A stretch of 64,000 nucleotides of DNA from Spirochaetia bacterium (GTDB lineage Bacteria; Spirochaetota; Spirochaetia; SP-2023), in assembly GCA_965263295.1 (NCBI GenBank), contig OZ253665.1, positions 1,376,001 through 1,440,000 on the forward strand, in the 5' to 3' direction. Shown in pieces: positions 40,954-52,088 of this stretch. A program made the position numbers and the translations under genes. The stretch's first letter is position 1, and each line of letters opens with the position of its first letter. The notes below the pieces were generated by a model, which was given only the letters and a program-made list of their open reading frames with translations, had not been told where the DNA came from and searched no databases.

Positions 40954-41904
40954 ATGATAGAGATCAAGAACCTATATAAAAACTACGGCTCCCTGCAAGC
41001 GGTGCGAGATATTTCGCTAAATGTTCCCAAGGGACAGGTACTCGGTTTACTCGGGCCAAATGGTGCTGGTAAATCCACCACGTTGCGAATTCTGACGGGT
41101 TTCCTTGAAGCCAGTTCGGGGGAGCTTACAGTCGGAGGATACTCTGTCAGTGAGAAACCTCTGGAAATACGTAAACTGATTGGCTACCTGCCAGAGACGA
41201 CTCCTCTGTATGAAAACATGCTGGTATACGACTACCTGAATTTTGTGGCCCAGTCTCGCGGAGTTTCACAGACTGACTGCCTCGACAAAATAAGTAGAGC
41301 CGCTCAGCGTTGCAATATTATAGAATTTATTCACCGGCCTATCGGCGAATTGTCCAAAGGGCAACGGCAGCGCGTTGGTTTAGCCATGGCTATTCTAGAT
41401 GATCCACAAGTCCTGATATTAGATGAACCCACCAGCGGCCTTGATCCGAATCAGATCATTGGTATTCGTTCTATCATCCGCGAGCTAGGAAAAGAAAAAA
41501 CTATTATTTTTTCTACCCATATTCTCAGCGAAGCCGAAGCCACTTGTGACCGTGTAGTGATTATCAGCCAAGGCCAAATTGCAGCAGACGGCAGTATTGA
41601 GGAACTCAAGAGACGGCAGAGTAGGCAGTCTAGTCTTAGTCTGCGTATTGAAAGCCAAGACGCCGATGCCGTACAGCGCAGCTTTAGCGCTCTGGGCGAA
41701 GCCGAATTAGGCCCAGGAGCACAGGTAATAACAGAGGCCGCCGACAACGGCGAAATAGTTGTGACCCTGCACGGCGAGCGCTGCAACAGTTCAGAAGCAA
41801 AGCAACAGATAAAAAGTATCATTCGTTCCAACGATTGGTTTATGCTCGGTATGGCAAGCAAGAATAACAGTCTCGAAGACATTTTCCGCGAGCTAACTAA
41901 TTAA
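40954..41904 (+). CDS. ABC transporter ATP-binding protein (GldA-like)
   Basis: GPNGAGKST, IGYLPE..PLY, LSKGQRQRVGLA, LILDEPTSGLDPNQI, STHILSE. Confidence 0.93.
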   Translation: MIEIKNLYKNYGSLQAVRDISLNVPKGQVLGLLGPNGAGKSTTLRILTGFLEASSGELTVGGYSVSEKPLEIRKLIGYLPETTPLYENMLVYDYLNFVAQSRGVSQTDCLDKISRAAQRCNIIEFIHRPIGELSKGQRQRVGLAMAILDDPQVLILDEPTSGLDPNQIIGIRSIIRELGKEKTIIFSTHILSEAEATCDRVVIISQGQIAADGSIEELKRRQSRQSSLSLRIESQDADAVQRSFSALGEAELGPGAQVITEAADNGEIVVTLHGERCNSSEAKQQIKSIIRSNDWFMLGMASKNNSLEDIFRELTN

Positions 41905-41936
41905 AGGCAACATATACTAAACAAAAGGAATTCTCT

Positions 41937-42722
41937 ATGTCTGAAGCAAGTAACGGAAGCCTGCAAGTCTGCCCGAAACAAACGGCCAGTGCTTTTTTCC
42001 TGCCCTCGCGGCGAAGAATCGGGGCTATTGTCCGCAAAGAGTGGCAAGAGATGCTTTACTCTCCCGTAGCCTACATTGTAATTGCTATATACCTGTTAAT
42101 CACAGGGGTCTTTATATTTTTTATTAATAACTTTTTTCTGTACGGAATTCTAAGTTTGGGCAGTTACTTTACCATTACTCCCTATATTCTGGCATTTTCT
42201 GTTTCGGCTTTGACCATGCGACTCCTTTCTGAAGAACGCCGCAGTGGAGCCATTGAAATCCTGGGGACGCTGCCGATTTCATCAATTGAAATCGTTCTGG
42301 GTAAATTCTTTTCCCTTTGGTTATTCTCCGGCCTGATGCTACTATTTACCTTAGGTTACCCAATTTCTTTCAGTACTCTCGGCAAACTTGATATCGGGTC
42401 TACCGTCGCCGGCTACATTGGCCAAATACTACTTTGTGGCGCCTTTGTCGCCATCGGTTTATTTGCTTCGTCCATTAGCAAAAATCCAATTAGCCCCTTT
42501 TTTATATCGTTTGTTATTACTTTTGTGCTATTATTTCTGGAATTTATACTGCGCGGCATGCCCGGCCAGTTTTCGTTGTTCTTGCGCAACTTGAGCGCAG
42601 GTTACCACTTGCAAAACTTTATTAATGGTATCGTGGACATCAGAGACATCGTATATTTTTTCTCAATTATGTTCCTAGGAGTCTATGGTTCCTGGTTAAA
42701 ACTCCATAGCCTGCGCCAGTAG
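41937..42722 (+). CDS. ABC-2 permease (GldF-like)
   Basis: KE......SPVAY, LTMRLLSEERRSG.IE.L.TLP, IVLGKF, G.VD.RD.VYF. Confidence 0.88.
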   Translation: MSEASNGSLQVCPKQTASAFFLPSRRRIGAIVRKEWQEMLYSPVAYIVIAIYLLITGVFIFFINNFFLYGILSLGSYFTITPYILAFSVSALTMRLLSEERRSGAIEILGTLPISSIEIVLGKFFSLWLFSGLMLLFTLGYPISFSTLGKLDIGSTVAGYIGQILLCGAFVAIGLFASSISKNPISPFFISFVITFVLLFLEFILRGMPGQFSLFLRNLSAGYHLQNFINGIVDIRDIVYFFSIMFLGVYGSWLKLHSLRQ

Positions 42723-42774
42723 CCGGCCTCTTATTAGCCGCATCCTGCATTGATACTATACGAAGGAATTAACT

Positions 42775-45102
42775 ATGATTTCAAATCAATCTACTGCTTC
42801 CGGTAAAACTTCTTTTATACAAAAGTTACAGCTCAGGCCCAACAGTTACCAGGGACTGCGCTTCTGCCTGTATGCTGTATTAATATTGTTGCTCAACGCA
42901 GCCATCGCCTACTTTCCGTTGCGCGTCGACCTTACCGAGCAGCAGACCTACAGCCTGGCCCCGGCCTCCACGTCCACATTAGCCCAGCTTGAAGAACCCG
43001 TGACTATCCGTGCCTATCTTTCAAGCAATCTCCCTTCACGTTACAATATTTTATCTTCATTGTTGCGCGACCTGCTACAGAGCTACCGCAGTAATGCCAA
43101 GCGCGACATGTTCAGTTACTCGGTCAACTTGATCCACAGCGACGACAAGAGTGAAAAGACATTAAAACTGCAAAAGGAAGCCGAAAAATACGGAATTTAC
43201 CCCGTGCAGTTACAGGGAGTTGACGGCAACGAATTTAAAGCTGTCTCGGCCTACATCGGTCTAGTCATTACACAAGGCGAAAATCAGGAAATCCTTACTC
43301 CGTTACAGCCAGAAGACAATATTCAATATAAAATTACGGCTGCCCTGCAAAGAATGTCGCGCAAAGGAAGTGCCCTGTTATCAATGAGTCAGAACCTAAA
43401 AATCTACTACTATTTTTCGCCGCTAATTGCCCAGATTAATAACGGCAAATATTCCGAATTTCCGAATCGATTCCAACAAGTCATGGAGTCGACCAGAGAA
43501 CAGCTGTACGATCGCGTAGACAGTGAAGTTGTCGACCCCGACAAGCTGCCGCCCGGCCTACCAGAACCCGGCGAGCTCGACGACTTGCCCGAAACTGAGA
43601 TTACCGGTCCAGAGGGCAAATCACAAAAGGTTTACAGTGCCCTAGTCATCGATAGCGAAGGACGATATAAATCATACTCCTTGTTACAACTACAACCGAC
43701 CCTACAACTTGGCCCCGATGGCCTGAAGCAAAGCAATACCATCAACGTAATTGATCCACTGCAGCTTGAAGGTCAACTCTCAGAAATCGCTATCAGTAGT
43801 TTAGGCATTGCCCAAAATGTCGGCTATATCTCCGATCGCGAGACAGCCAGCTTTAACCCGCCCAGCCCACAGCAACCCGGCCAAGGGGCCAACCTTTACC
43901 AGTTTTCGCAAGACGCACGCGACTTGTACAATTTTGAACCTGTCAAACTAGACGAGGGCATCGGCAAAGATGTAAATATTCTAATGCTAGTGGACCCCAA
44001 GCAACAGCTCAGCGAATGGGATATCTACCAGATCGACCAGTTTGTCATGCGTGGTGGCCGCTTAATTGTAGCCATGGAGCCCTATCAAGTGATGCAAAAT
44101 CCCTATGGATATGGAGCCCAATTCATTCCCAACCTTAATATTGAGGGCGTGAAGAGCGATGATAATACTAATCCCCAATATACATTGATAGATCTTCTAA
44201 GGCACTATGGCATTGAGTATCAAAATGCAATGCTTTTCGACAAGCACAGTTTTATAAACCGAGGTCAGGATCGGCAGACGGGAGGCTACCAGGAAACTCA
44301 AGTCTATTATATTCCAGAAATTGACATGCAGTGGGGATCGGAACAGTCATTTATCAAGGGCTTGAAAAAATTATATAGCTATAACTCAGCGCCCTTAATC
44401 GCAGTAGAAGGCGACGATGATAGACAAGAGCCACTGGCACTTCTAAAAAGCAGCCCAGAGGCATGGACAGAAGACATGAGCGATGAAGCTAAAGATCCCA
44501 ATAACGTTATGCCACCCGCAGCTGATAAATTAAGCCAGCAGAGCCTGATTATGGCAACCCAAGGTCCGCTTACTAGTTTTTTTAAAGGCAAGGAAATCCC
44601 TAAAAAACCCGCACCGGAGGAAAAGGCTGAAAATTCTGAAGAGCAAGCGAACGAAGAAACAAATCAACAGTTAAGCCTTAGTGCTATTCAAGACGCCTTT
44701 ATAGCAGAGAGTGAACGCGGTCAAGTACTCGTCAGTGGGAGCTCATTAATCTTTGATGAACGACTACTCAGCGTGCCAACGAATAAAGCTCTGGCTCTAA
44801 ACCTCCTGGACTACATGGCGGGCAACATTGAGATGGCTGATCTTCGTGCCCGCAGTGGCGTGCCCAACTTTATTGACGACAAAATCGGCAATGGCCAAAA
44901 GAATGTAATCAAATGGTTCAACGTTCTGGGGCTGCCTTTTATGGTTGGCATTCTAGGACTACTGATGTTGATGAATTGGCGCCAACGCCAACTGCAACTG
45001 CGCAACCTGTTTGCCCAATTATCTCCAGCCCCTCTAGCAAACCAGACAACATCAGCCGCAGGAGCTGACATTTCACCAGGCAATGACTCGCAGAATAACT
45101 AA
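42775..45102 (+). CDS. GldG-like ABC auxiliary component
   Basis: RVDLT....YSL...S...L..LEEPVTI, Y.IDQFVMRGG, N..L.LN.LDYM, C-terminal TM segment. Confidence 0.85.
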   Translation: MISNQSTASGKTSFIQKLQLRPNSYQGLRFCLYAVLILLLNAAIAYFPLRVDLTEQQTYSLAPASTSTLAQLEEPVTIRAYLSSNLPSRYNILSSLLRDLLQSYRSNAKRDMFSYSVNLIHSDDKSEKTLKLQKEAEKYGIYPVQLQGVDGNEFKAVSAYIGLVITQGENQEILTPLQPEDNIQYKITAALQRMSRKGSALLSMSQNLKIYYYFSPLIAQINNGKYSEFPNRFQQVMESTREQLYDRVDSEVVDPDKLPPGLPEPGELDDLPETEITGPEGKSQKVYSALVIDSEGRYKSYSLLQLQPTLQLGPDGLKQSNTINVIDPLQLEGQLSEIAISSLGIAQNVGYISDRETASFNPPSPQQPGQGANLYQFSQDARDLYNFEPVKLDEGIGKDVNILMLVDPKQQLSEWDIYQIDQFVMRGGRLIVAMEPYQVMQNPYGYGAQFIPNLNIEGVKSDDNTNPQYTLIDLLRHYGIEYQNAMLFDKHSFINRGQDRQTGGYQETQVYYIPEIDMQWGSEQSFIKGLKKLYSYNSAPLIAVEGDDDRQEPLALLKSSPEAWTEDMSDEAKDPNNVMPPAADKLSQQSLIMATQGPLTSFFKGKEIPKKPAPEEKAENSEEQANEETNQQLSLSAIQDAFIAESERGQVLVSGSSLIFDERLLSVPTNKALALNLLDYMAGNIEMADLRARSGVPNFIDDKIGNGQKNVIKWFNVLGLPFMVGILGLLMLMNWRQRQLQLRNLFAQLSPAPLANQTTSAAGADISPGNDSQNN

Positions 45103-45123
45103 GTGCGATTACGGAGAGTAATT

Positions 45124-46116
45124 ATGAAGACAAATAAAGAAAGCCAAGAACTTGTTATCAGAAGAACGATCACCCTCAAGCGCAATCAAGCCTGGGAACT
45201 GTTGATCCTGGCAAGCTTGATCGTATTGTTGTTGCTGTACATCATGCTGCGTTCTGCTGCGGGATTCAGTTATAAGCTGCCCAGTTTTAGCCCGATTGAT
45301 GAGACAGATATCCAGAGTATCCGCTGGAATCACAAAGGAAGTAGCGAGTTAAGTTTAGTCAAGGACGGCGCTGAATGGTACATTGGGGCCGCAAAATACC
45401 CGGCCAAGCAGAGTTATGTAGATACCTTGCTACAACAGCTCAGCCGGCCTGACCTGCAAGACTTAGTTTCCAAGTCAGGCAATTTACTGACTTTTGGCCT
45501 AAATAGCGAACAAGCATTTAAACTAGAGGCCTTTGGCGATAGCCGTTCTCTGCGCCTGTTTTACGTTGGCAAGAGTTCCAGCTCTGGCCGCTATTCTTTT
45601 GTGCGTCTTAGCGAAGATGACTCGCGAGTCTTTACTCTTTCAGAGAATCTGACAGCAATTCTAGAGAAAAGTATTGATGATCTGCGTGACCGCCTGGTGG
45701 TTAGCTTTGCCAGCGGTGAAATTGAAAAGTTACAAATTCGCGAACTCGAACTAGAAGATCAGGAAGACACCAAAACTGTTTTTGTGGAAAAGAAAGATGG
45801 CAAGTGGCAGATTCCAGGAGATGTGACCTGGAATGAAGAGGAGATTGAGCGACTAGTGAACCGTTTTGCTGGCATGAACGCTCAAAATTTTATTCCTGAG
45901 TTTCCCAAAAATCTCGAAAAGAAAGTTTATGAACTTAAGTTCATTGCCAAAGGCGGAGTCAATTATACAATAGAAATTGCGACAAAGCCTTTGGATAAAG
46001 ACCAAGGTTATGCTGCAAAGTCTTCTTCTTATGACTTTCCTTTTACATTGAATAATTATACCGTAGAAAGTATGCTAGAAGATTTTGGCTTCATGAAAGA
46101 AGATCAAGAATCATAG
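45124..46116 (+). CDS. DUF4340-like membrane-anchored protein
   Basis: N-terminal TM; L.K.G..W, FGL, VGK, DLRDR repeat pattern; typical fourth gene of GldAFG-like operons. Confidence 0.75.
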   Translation: MKTNKESQELVIRRTITLKRNQAWELLILASLIVLLLLYIMLRSAAGFSYKLPSFSPIDETDIQSIRWNHKGSSELSLVKDGAEWYIGAAKYPAKQSYVDTLLQQLSRPDLQDLVSKSGNLLTFGLNSEQAFKLEAFGDSRSLRLFYVGKSSSSGRYSFVRLSEDDSRVFTLSENLTAILEKSIDDLRDRLVVSFASGEIEKLQIRELELEDQEDTKTVFVEKKDGKWQIPGDVTWNEEEIERLVNRFAGMNAQNFIPEFPKNLEKKVYELKFIAKGGVNYTIEIATKPLDKDQGYAAKSSSYDFPFTLNNYTVESMLEDFGFMKEDQES

Positions 46117-46139
46117 TTATTTATCCACCACTGTAAATG

Positions 46140-46178
46140 GGAGCTGGAGACAAACCATAGTAAAAAACCAGCTCTCAA
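46140..46178. terminator. Inverted repeat between convergent genes
   Basis: GAGCTGG ... CCAGCTC with a long loop. Confidence 0.35.
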
Positions 46179-46211
46179 TTCTCATTTCTATGGCTAGATT
46201 GTAGTAGGTTT

Positions 46212-46712
46212 TTATTTTTGCGACTTTAGCTGTTTGCGCAAATTATCAATAGGCATGCTGAAGAAGTCCATATCAATCTTTTCACCCAACATGCGACAAT
46301 GACCATTAATCTGAGCACCATTCTGTATGGAAAGCTCCTTGGTAACAATATCGCCAATAACTTTACAATCGTTGCGCAGTAAGCTTTTGCCGTGCACCTG
46401 AATGTTGCCGAAAACCTGGCCATAACAGTCTAACAGCTGGCAATGGATGTCACCGTGAACTTCGCCATTCTTACGTAACTCTAGATTTCCTTCTTTGGCT
46501 AGAATTGATCCTTCTAATTTACCGGCAAAGTATAGGCTGCCAGAAAACTCTAACTCACCCTGAATTTCAGCTCCTTCAGCCACTCTGGAAGCACCGGGAC
46601 TCTGTACTCCCGAATCAGGCCCAGACAAACTGGAAGCCGCTGTAAGAGTGGAGCTAAAGGCTTCGACAATTTTGCCTTTTGGCAACGAACTGCTGATACT
46701 AAACTTTGCCAT
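46212..46712 (-). CDS. Bactofilin (polymer-forming cytoskeletal protein)
   Basis: Repeating G.L.F.G.L...G...G.I pattern; G.V.GNI, V.GDI....L.I..GA.ING.C.M. Confidence 0.88.
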   Translation of the reverse strand: MAKFSISSSLPKGKIVEAFSSTLTAASSLSGPDSGVQSPGASRVAEGAEIQGELEFSGSLYFAGKLEGSILAKEGNLELRKNGEVHGDIHCQLLDCYGQVFGNIQVHGKSLLRNDCKVIGDIVTKELSIQNGAQINGHCRMLGEKIDMDFFSMPIDNLRKQLKSQK

Positions 46713-46835
46713 ATATTTCGCTCACTTATTTAGATAAATAAAAATACATTCGCCTTACTGCTTGCGGAAACTTTGCAGCTCGCTTTGTCCACAATGCAGA
46801 ATGAAATAAGACTATTTATTATATTCAATATTTGA

Positions 46836-47171
46836 CTATTTAATTACTACATCACCCGAATGGACAATGGGCCAAGCCAATTGCTTCAACTCTTTACCTG
46901 CACGAAATAAGGGGACACCATGACTCTCTACAGATGTAATTTCTCCAGTTCGAGGGTTGCGTGCTTTATCCTTGCCTTTGCGCGTACGCACTTCAAAGGT
47001 ACCAAAACCACGGAGCTCAATTACTTTATCTTCCTCTAATGCACCTTTAACTTCGTCAAAGAACTGATCCAGAATCAACTTGATATCCTTACGATCTAAG
47101 CGTACCTGATTCTTCAGCTCTTCTTGGATCTGACCAACTAGCTCCGCCTTGGTTACTTTCTCTCTTTTCAT
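46836..47171 (-). CDS. HU/IHF-family DNA-binding protein (Hbb-like)
   Basis: TKAELV, IELRGFGTFEVR.RK, ARNPRTGE, F.AGKELK. Confidence 0.95.
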   Translation of the reverse strand: MKREKVTKAELVGQIQEELKNQVRLDRKDIKLILDQFFDEVKGALEEDKVIELRGFGTFEVRTRKGKDKARNPRTGEITSVESHGVPLFRAGKELKQLAWPIVHSGDVVIK

Positions 47172-47213
47172 CTGAGACCTTCCTCCAATTGTACCCTACC
47201 TATGATTTGTCAC

Positions 47214-47489
47214 CTAATGGTCAGCGTAGACTAGAGCATTTAATTTCTTGGCCAAACCAGACTTTTTACGGGCAGAAGTATTGGGATGATAAACATTTTT
47301 CCCAGCGGCCGTATCAATCAACTTGACAAACTGCTGAAAGCGCTCTTGAGCGCTTTCTTTATCTCCATTTTTAAGTGCTGCCTCAAAGGCACGAATACTA
47401 GTTCGCACACGACTACGGGTTGCGCGATTAAGACAGCGACGCGTTAGGCTCTGTTTATGACGTTTCTTTGCATTCAATGAATTAGGCAA
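47214..47489 (-). CDS. rpsT: 30S ribosomal protein S20
   Basis: N...AKKR..Q...R...N....S..RT; ID.AA.K.V.H.N..ARKKS.L; AAGGAG RBS before a TTG start. Confidence 0.96.
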   Translation of the reverse strand: MPNSLNAKKRHKQSLTRRCLNRATRSRVRTSIRAFEAALKNGDKESAQERFQQFVKLIDTAAGKNVYHPNTSARKKSGLAKKLNALVYADH

Positions 47490-47559
47490 AATAAGCTCCT
47501 TTATCTACTGCAGCAAAGAGGGCTGCTGCAGCACTCAAAATATTCTTTGTGTGATTTAA

Positions 47560-47730
47560 TTAGAAGAAATCACTGGGACGACGTTCCCGCTGCTTGCAGG
47601 ATTGACACTCGGCATAATGCCTTATTTTTCCCGCAGTAAAAACCGACTTGATCTTGATTTCACCACCGCAGGAATGTAGGATTTTTTTTGTTGCCAAACC
47701 TGTACGAGCATTTTTACTTTGCTGTGCCAT
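47560..47730 (-). CDS. Small basic zinc-ribbon-like protein (56 aa)
   Basis: AAGGGG RBS before ATG 47730; HSCGG...ECQSC. Confidence 0.7.
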   Translation of the reverse strand: MAQQSKNARTGLATKKILHSCGGEIKIKSVFTAGKIRHYAECQSCKQRERRPSDFF

Positions 47731-48045
47731 ACCAAATTCCCCTTTTCTGTTGCACAAAGTCTCTTATCTATTAGAACTAGAAAACTTTGCAGATGTCAAA
47801 TAACGGAGGGAAAATATATCAAGCCGGAAAGAAACTGTCAATATAGTTTTAGCGAGATTAGACGAACTCTAATCCTAGTTTATTTATCAAGTTATCAGTA
47901 CGTGAAAGTAGAAATTCTAACGAGAATGTAAACACAAAGTAATATGGAACCGGGCGAAGCTAAGCCGGCTCGATAAAATGACAATAAATGGCGTTATAAC
48001 AGCCTTTTTGGGGGGCTAATTTATGTTTTGAAAACACAAAGTTGA

Positions 48046-50670
48046 TTACGCCATCTCTTCTGAACTTTTAGACAGTTCCGGCAGCAGGAACTGCAGAGCC
48101 TCAATCACCGACTGAAAATAATGAAACTGCATAGATTCAAGAATCTGCTCAGGCAGTTTCTCGGTATCACGCTTATTCTTTTTGGGCAGCAAGACCTGAC
48201 GAAAGCCCTGACGATGAGCAGCTAGAACTTTTTCGCGAATACCGCCAACAGGCAGTAATTGGTCCGTCAAGGTAACTTCACCTGTCATCGCTACGTCTTT
48301 GCGCACCGGTCGTCCGGAAAGGGCAGAAAGCATAGCTGCAGCAATTGTAATACCAGCAGAAGGTCCATCTTTTGGAATTGCGCCTTCCGGCACATGGATG
48401 TGCAAGTTTTGATCATCCAGATTCTCTTCGGTGACGCCATAAGTTACAAAAAGCTGCTGTATTAGGCTATAGGCAATTTGGGCACTTTCTTTCATCACTT
48501 CGCCCAACTTACCGGTCAAGGTTAGAGAGCCCGATCCGCGTACTTGAAGAACTTCGACCGGCAGTAAGCGCCCCCCTACCGAAGTCCAGGCAAGCCCCTG
48601 GGCAAAGCCCTTGATTGAGTTTTCCTGCATCTGTTCATAGGGGTCATAAGGAGGAGTACCCAAATACTTGTGTAGCATTTCCGTGGTAACCTCCCACCTA
48701 TGCCCAACAAGCACAGAGGACCAGGAATCAGGGCTGTTATAATCAATACGACTCAGCTCCTGACTCTGATGCAGGAAAGCACTATTGCGGGCGTAAGAGC
48801 CTGGGCGAGTTTCCTGCTCGCGTAAAAACGCGCGCACCAGTTTACGAATCAGTTTAGCGATAAAACGCTCCAGGGTACGCACGCCCGATTCCATCGTATA
48901 TTCGCTGATCAACAGAGACAAAGTTTCATCCGACATCTCTAGGTGGCAATCGGTAATACCGTTTTCCTGTAACTGCTTAATTACCAGGTGCTTGCGTGCA
49001 ATATTGAGCTTGTCGTAAATAGTGTAACCCGGAATTTCAATGACTTCCATACGATCCAGCAAGGGCAGCCCGATTTCGTCCAGGTCATTGGCCGTCATTA
49101 TGAACAAAGCCTTAGACAAATCGTAAGGCAATTCAAGATAATGGTCGGTGAATGAATGATTTTGCTCCGGGTCCAAAACTTCTAGTAGTGCCGAAGCCGG
49201 ATCGCCGCGAAAATCACTGCTGACTTTGTCAATTTCATCAAGTAGAATCACGGGATTGCAGGTTTGAGCCCGGCGGAAAGCCTGAATAATTTTTCCGGGC
49301 AAAGCGCCGACATAAGTACGACGATGGCCACGGATTTCAGCCTCATCGCGCAGCCCCCCTAAGGCAATACGCACAAATTTACGATTTAAGGTCTTGGCGA
49401 TTGATTCTCCCAGCGAGGTCTTACCTGTCCCTGGCGGTCCTGCCAGACAAAGGATAGGACCGCGTAGGCGGTTTTCTCGCCGCGCAGCCACGCCGCCTCC
49501 TGCTGCCGGCAATTTTGCATGTTCAGCCACTTGCTGATCCAACTTTTCCTGACCGACTTGCAAGCCGCGAACAGCCAAATAATCAAGGATACGCTCCTTG
49601 GCCTCTTCTAGGCCATAGTGCTCACTGTCGAGTATCGCCTGGGCACCCATGATATCAATCCGGTCTTCGGTCACATGTTGCCAGGGCAATTCATCAACTA
49701 ACTCCAAGTAAGCACGCAGGATACCAGATTCCGGCGAAGCCGCTTGCAGGTGCTGCAAACGCCGGAGTTCGCGTTGAACTTTGTCTTTCACAACCTGAGG
49801 TAGCTGCTTGCCGATTAAACGGCGTTCCAGCTCACGACTGCCAGTCGGATCATCCTCTTCGCACCCAAGTTCACGCTGTATTTCCCTCATCTGCTCTTGC
49901 AAAATGAACTCTTTTTGGTTCTGATCGAGACGACTGCGCACCTTCTTAGTTAAAGTCTCTTTTACCTGTACCACTTCTTGCTCAATACCTAGGGTAACGA
50001 CCAGTTCTTCAAGGTGTGGCAGAGAGCCCAAGTGTTCCAAGAAATACAACTTCTGACTGCGCGGCATCTTTACATGACTACAAACCAATGACATCAGCAC
50101 CAGCGGGTCATGGGCATCGCTAACCAACTTCAGCAATTTGTGCGGCAGCTGGCCATTAGTGCGCATATACTCAGAAAAAGCCTCTTTTATGACCATTGAT
50201 ATGGTCGCAAAAGCTTTTTTCTCCTGCAGTTTTTCTTTTCTTTGTTCAACTCCTGAGGCGAAATTACTGGTGGCCACTTTGAAGTTAGCCATTTGGGCAC
50301 CAGAGCCGCTACTGTGAACTTCTAGAAGCTTGGCGGTGACCACCCCTTCGACAGCAATGCGCACCGAATTGTCCGGATAACGCATGAAATTATTCATGTG
50401 GCAAAGCGTGGCTACCGGAGCCAGCTCTCCAAGAGAATATCCACTGTGGGCTTTTTCTCCTTTGTAGCAAAGCAGAATATTGTGGTCCTTGGCCAGGGCG
50501 CGTTCAATAGCGGCGCGAGACTCTGGCTTGCCCACAACCAAGTCGCCCTTGGTATAAGGGAAGAGGACAGGCTCATAAATAGGCAAATAAGGCAACTTGC
50601 CGGAACTGGCACGCGCTATGTCACCCCTAGCTGTGTTAGGAGGCGAATTTCTGCTGAGTTTTAATTTCAT
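48046..50670 (-). CDS. lon: ATP-dependent protease Lon
   Basis: [55 protein letters not shown]. Confidence 0.97.
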   Translation of the reverse strand: MKLKLSRNSPPNTARGDIARASSGKLPYLPIYEPVLFPYTKGDLVVGKPESRAAIERALAKDHNILLCYKGEKAHSGYSLGELAPVATLCHMNNFMRYPDNSVRIAVEGVVTAKLLEVHSSGSGAQMANFKVATSNFASGVEQRKEKLQEKKAFATISMVIKEAFSEYMRTNGQLPHKLLKLVSDAHDPLVLMSLVCSHVKMPRSQKLYFLEHLGSLPHLEELVVTLGIEQEVVQVKETLTKKVRSRLDQNQKEFILQEQMREIQRELGCEEDDPTGSRELERRLIGKQLPQVVKDKVQRELRRLQHLQAASPESGILRAYLELVDELPWQHVTEDRIDIMGAQAILDSEHYGLEEAKERILDYLAVRGLQVGQEKLDQQVAEHAKLPAAGGGVAARRENRLRGPILCLAGPPGTGKTSLGESIAKTLNRKFVRIALGGLRDEAEIRGHRRTYVGALPGKIIQAFRRAQTCNPVILLDEIDKVSSDFRGDPASALLEVLDPEQNHSFTDHYLELPYDLSKALFIMTANDLDEIGLPLLDRMEVIEIPGYTIYDKLNIARKHLVIKQLQENGITDCHLEMSDETLSLLISEYTMESGVRTLERFIAKLIRKLVRAFLREQETRPGSYARNSAFLHQSQELSRIDYNSPDSWSSVLVGHRWEVTTEMLHKYLGTPPYDPYEQMQENSIKGFAQGLAWTSVGGRLLPVEVLQVRGSGSLTLTGKLGEVMKESAQIAYSLIQQLFVTYGVTEENLDDQNLHIHVPEGAIPKDGPSAGITIAAAMLSALSGRPVRKDVAMTGEVTLTDQLLPVGGIREKVLAAHRQGFRQVLLPKKNKRDTEKLPEQILESMQFHYFQSVIEALQFLLPELSKSSEEMA

Positions 50671-51973
50671 ATAATTTCTTCGGCCATGCGGCGATTTTTT
50701 CTTCAATATCATTGCCGAGCAGCACAGGCGACTGAACCCCAGCGTCATCGACCGCTTCCTCAGTCAAGACAGTGCACTTCTTGTTTTCAACCGATGGTAG
50801 CTCATACATGGCGTTCAGCAATCTGTTCTCCAAAATTGAGCGCAGTCCCCGGGCCCCGGTACCGCAAGCCAGGGCTTGACGGGCAATGGCGCGAATTGCG
50901 GCGTCTTCGACCTGCAAGTCGATTTCATCCATACTCATTAAGGCTGAAAACTGGCGCAAGACAGCATTCCTGGGCTCAGTCAAGATGCGTACCATATCTT
51001 CTTCATCGAGGTCATTCAGGGGAGAAGTCACGGGCAGGCGGCCAATAAACTCAGGTATCAAGCCAAATTTTACCAGATCTTCAGGGGCAACTTTATCCAT
51101 CAGATTATCGTGGATTTTGTGGTCACGACTTTCCAAGGCACCAAAACCAATCGGATTACAGGCCACACGACGCTCAATAATTTTATCGAGACCGACGAAG
51201 GCGCCCCCGCAGATGACCAGAATATTGGCGGTATCAATGCGCAGCATTTCTTGGTTCGGATGCTTGCGTCCACCCTGGGGTGGCACCGAAGCCACAGTAC
51301 CTTCAATTATCTTCAATAAAGCCTGCTGCACGCCTTCGCCTGAGACGTCGCGGGTAATAGAAACATTTTCTCCCTTCTTGGTAATCTTATCAATCTCGTC
51401 GATATAGATGATTCCGCGTTCGGCTGCAGCAATATTACCATTAGCCGCCTGGATCAACTTGAGCAAGATGTTCTCCACGTCCTCACCGACATAACCAGCC
51501 TCCGTCAAAGTGGTCGCGTCAGCAATGGCAAAGGGAACCCGCAACTTCTTCGCCAAGGTGCAGGCCAATAAAGTTTTGCCAGAGCCTGTGGGACCGATCA
51601 ATAGAATATTAGACTTTTCAAGCTCGACATCATCATCTGGAGCGTGACCTGTCTTAATGCGCTTGTAGTGATTGTAGACAGCTACGGACAAGACTCTTTT
51701 AGCATTTTCTTGACCAATCACATACTCGTCAAGGAATTCTTTGATTTCAATTGGGCTAGGTAATTCTTCATTGCTACCCTGAATTTCTTCACCTGTTTCC
51801 AGTACAAGCTCTTCATTGGCGTTGCGCTCTTCGTTGAGCAGGTGTACCCCCGCCATGATACAATTGTCACAAATATGTACGCCCGCCGGACCGGCAACCA
51901 AATGGTTCACCTCTTCCTTGCTGCGTCCACAAAATGAACAATGCAACTTGTCGCTATTTTTTTTTCTAGCCAT
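50636..51973 (-). CDS. clpX: ATP-dependent Clp protease ATP-binding subunit ClpX
   Basis: CSFCG...ICDNC zinc finger, [32 protein letters not shown] loop. Confidence 0.98.
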   Translation of the reverse strand: MARKKNSDKLHCSFCGRSKEEVNHLVAGPAGVHICDNCIMAGVHLLNEERNANEELVLETGEEIQGSNEELPSPIEIKEFLDEYVIGQENAKRVLSVAVYNHYKRIKTGHAPDDDVELEKSNILLIGPTGSGKTLLACTLAKKLRVPFAIADATTLTEAGYVGEDVENILLKLIQAANGNIAAAERGIIYIDEIDKITKKGENVSITRDVSGEGVQQALLKIIEGTVASVPPQGGRKHPNQEMLRIDTANILVICGGAFVGLDKIIERRVACNPIGFGALESRDHKIHDNLMDKVAPEDLVKFGLIPEFIGRLPVTSPLNDLDEEDMVRILTEPRNAVLRQFSALMSMDEIDLQVEDAAIRAIARQALACGTGARGLRSILENRLLNAMYELPSVENKKCTVLTEEAVDDAGVQSPVLLGNDIEEKIAAWPKKLYEIKTQQKFAS

Positions 51974-52088
51974 AATTATACCTTATTCAGAGTTTGCAGC
52001 CCCGCCTACAGCAAGGCCGGAAGGCTACTGACAAGCTTAGCAAACCGCTAAACCAGACGGCCCATATTCCCCCTAAAAAATTAATGGA

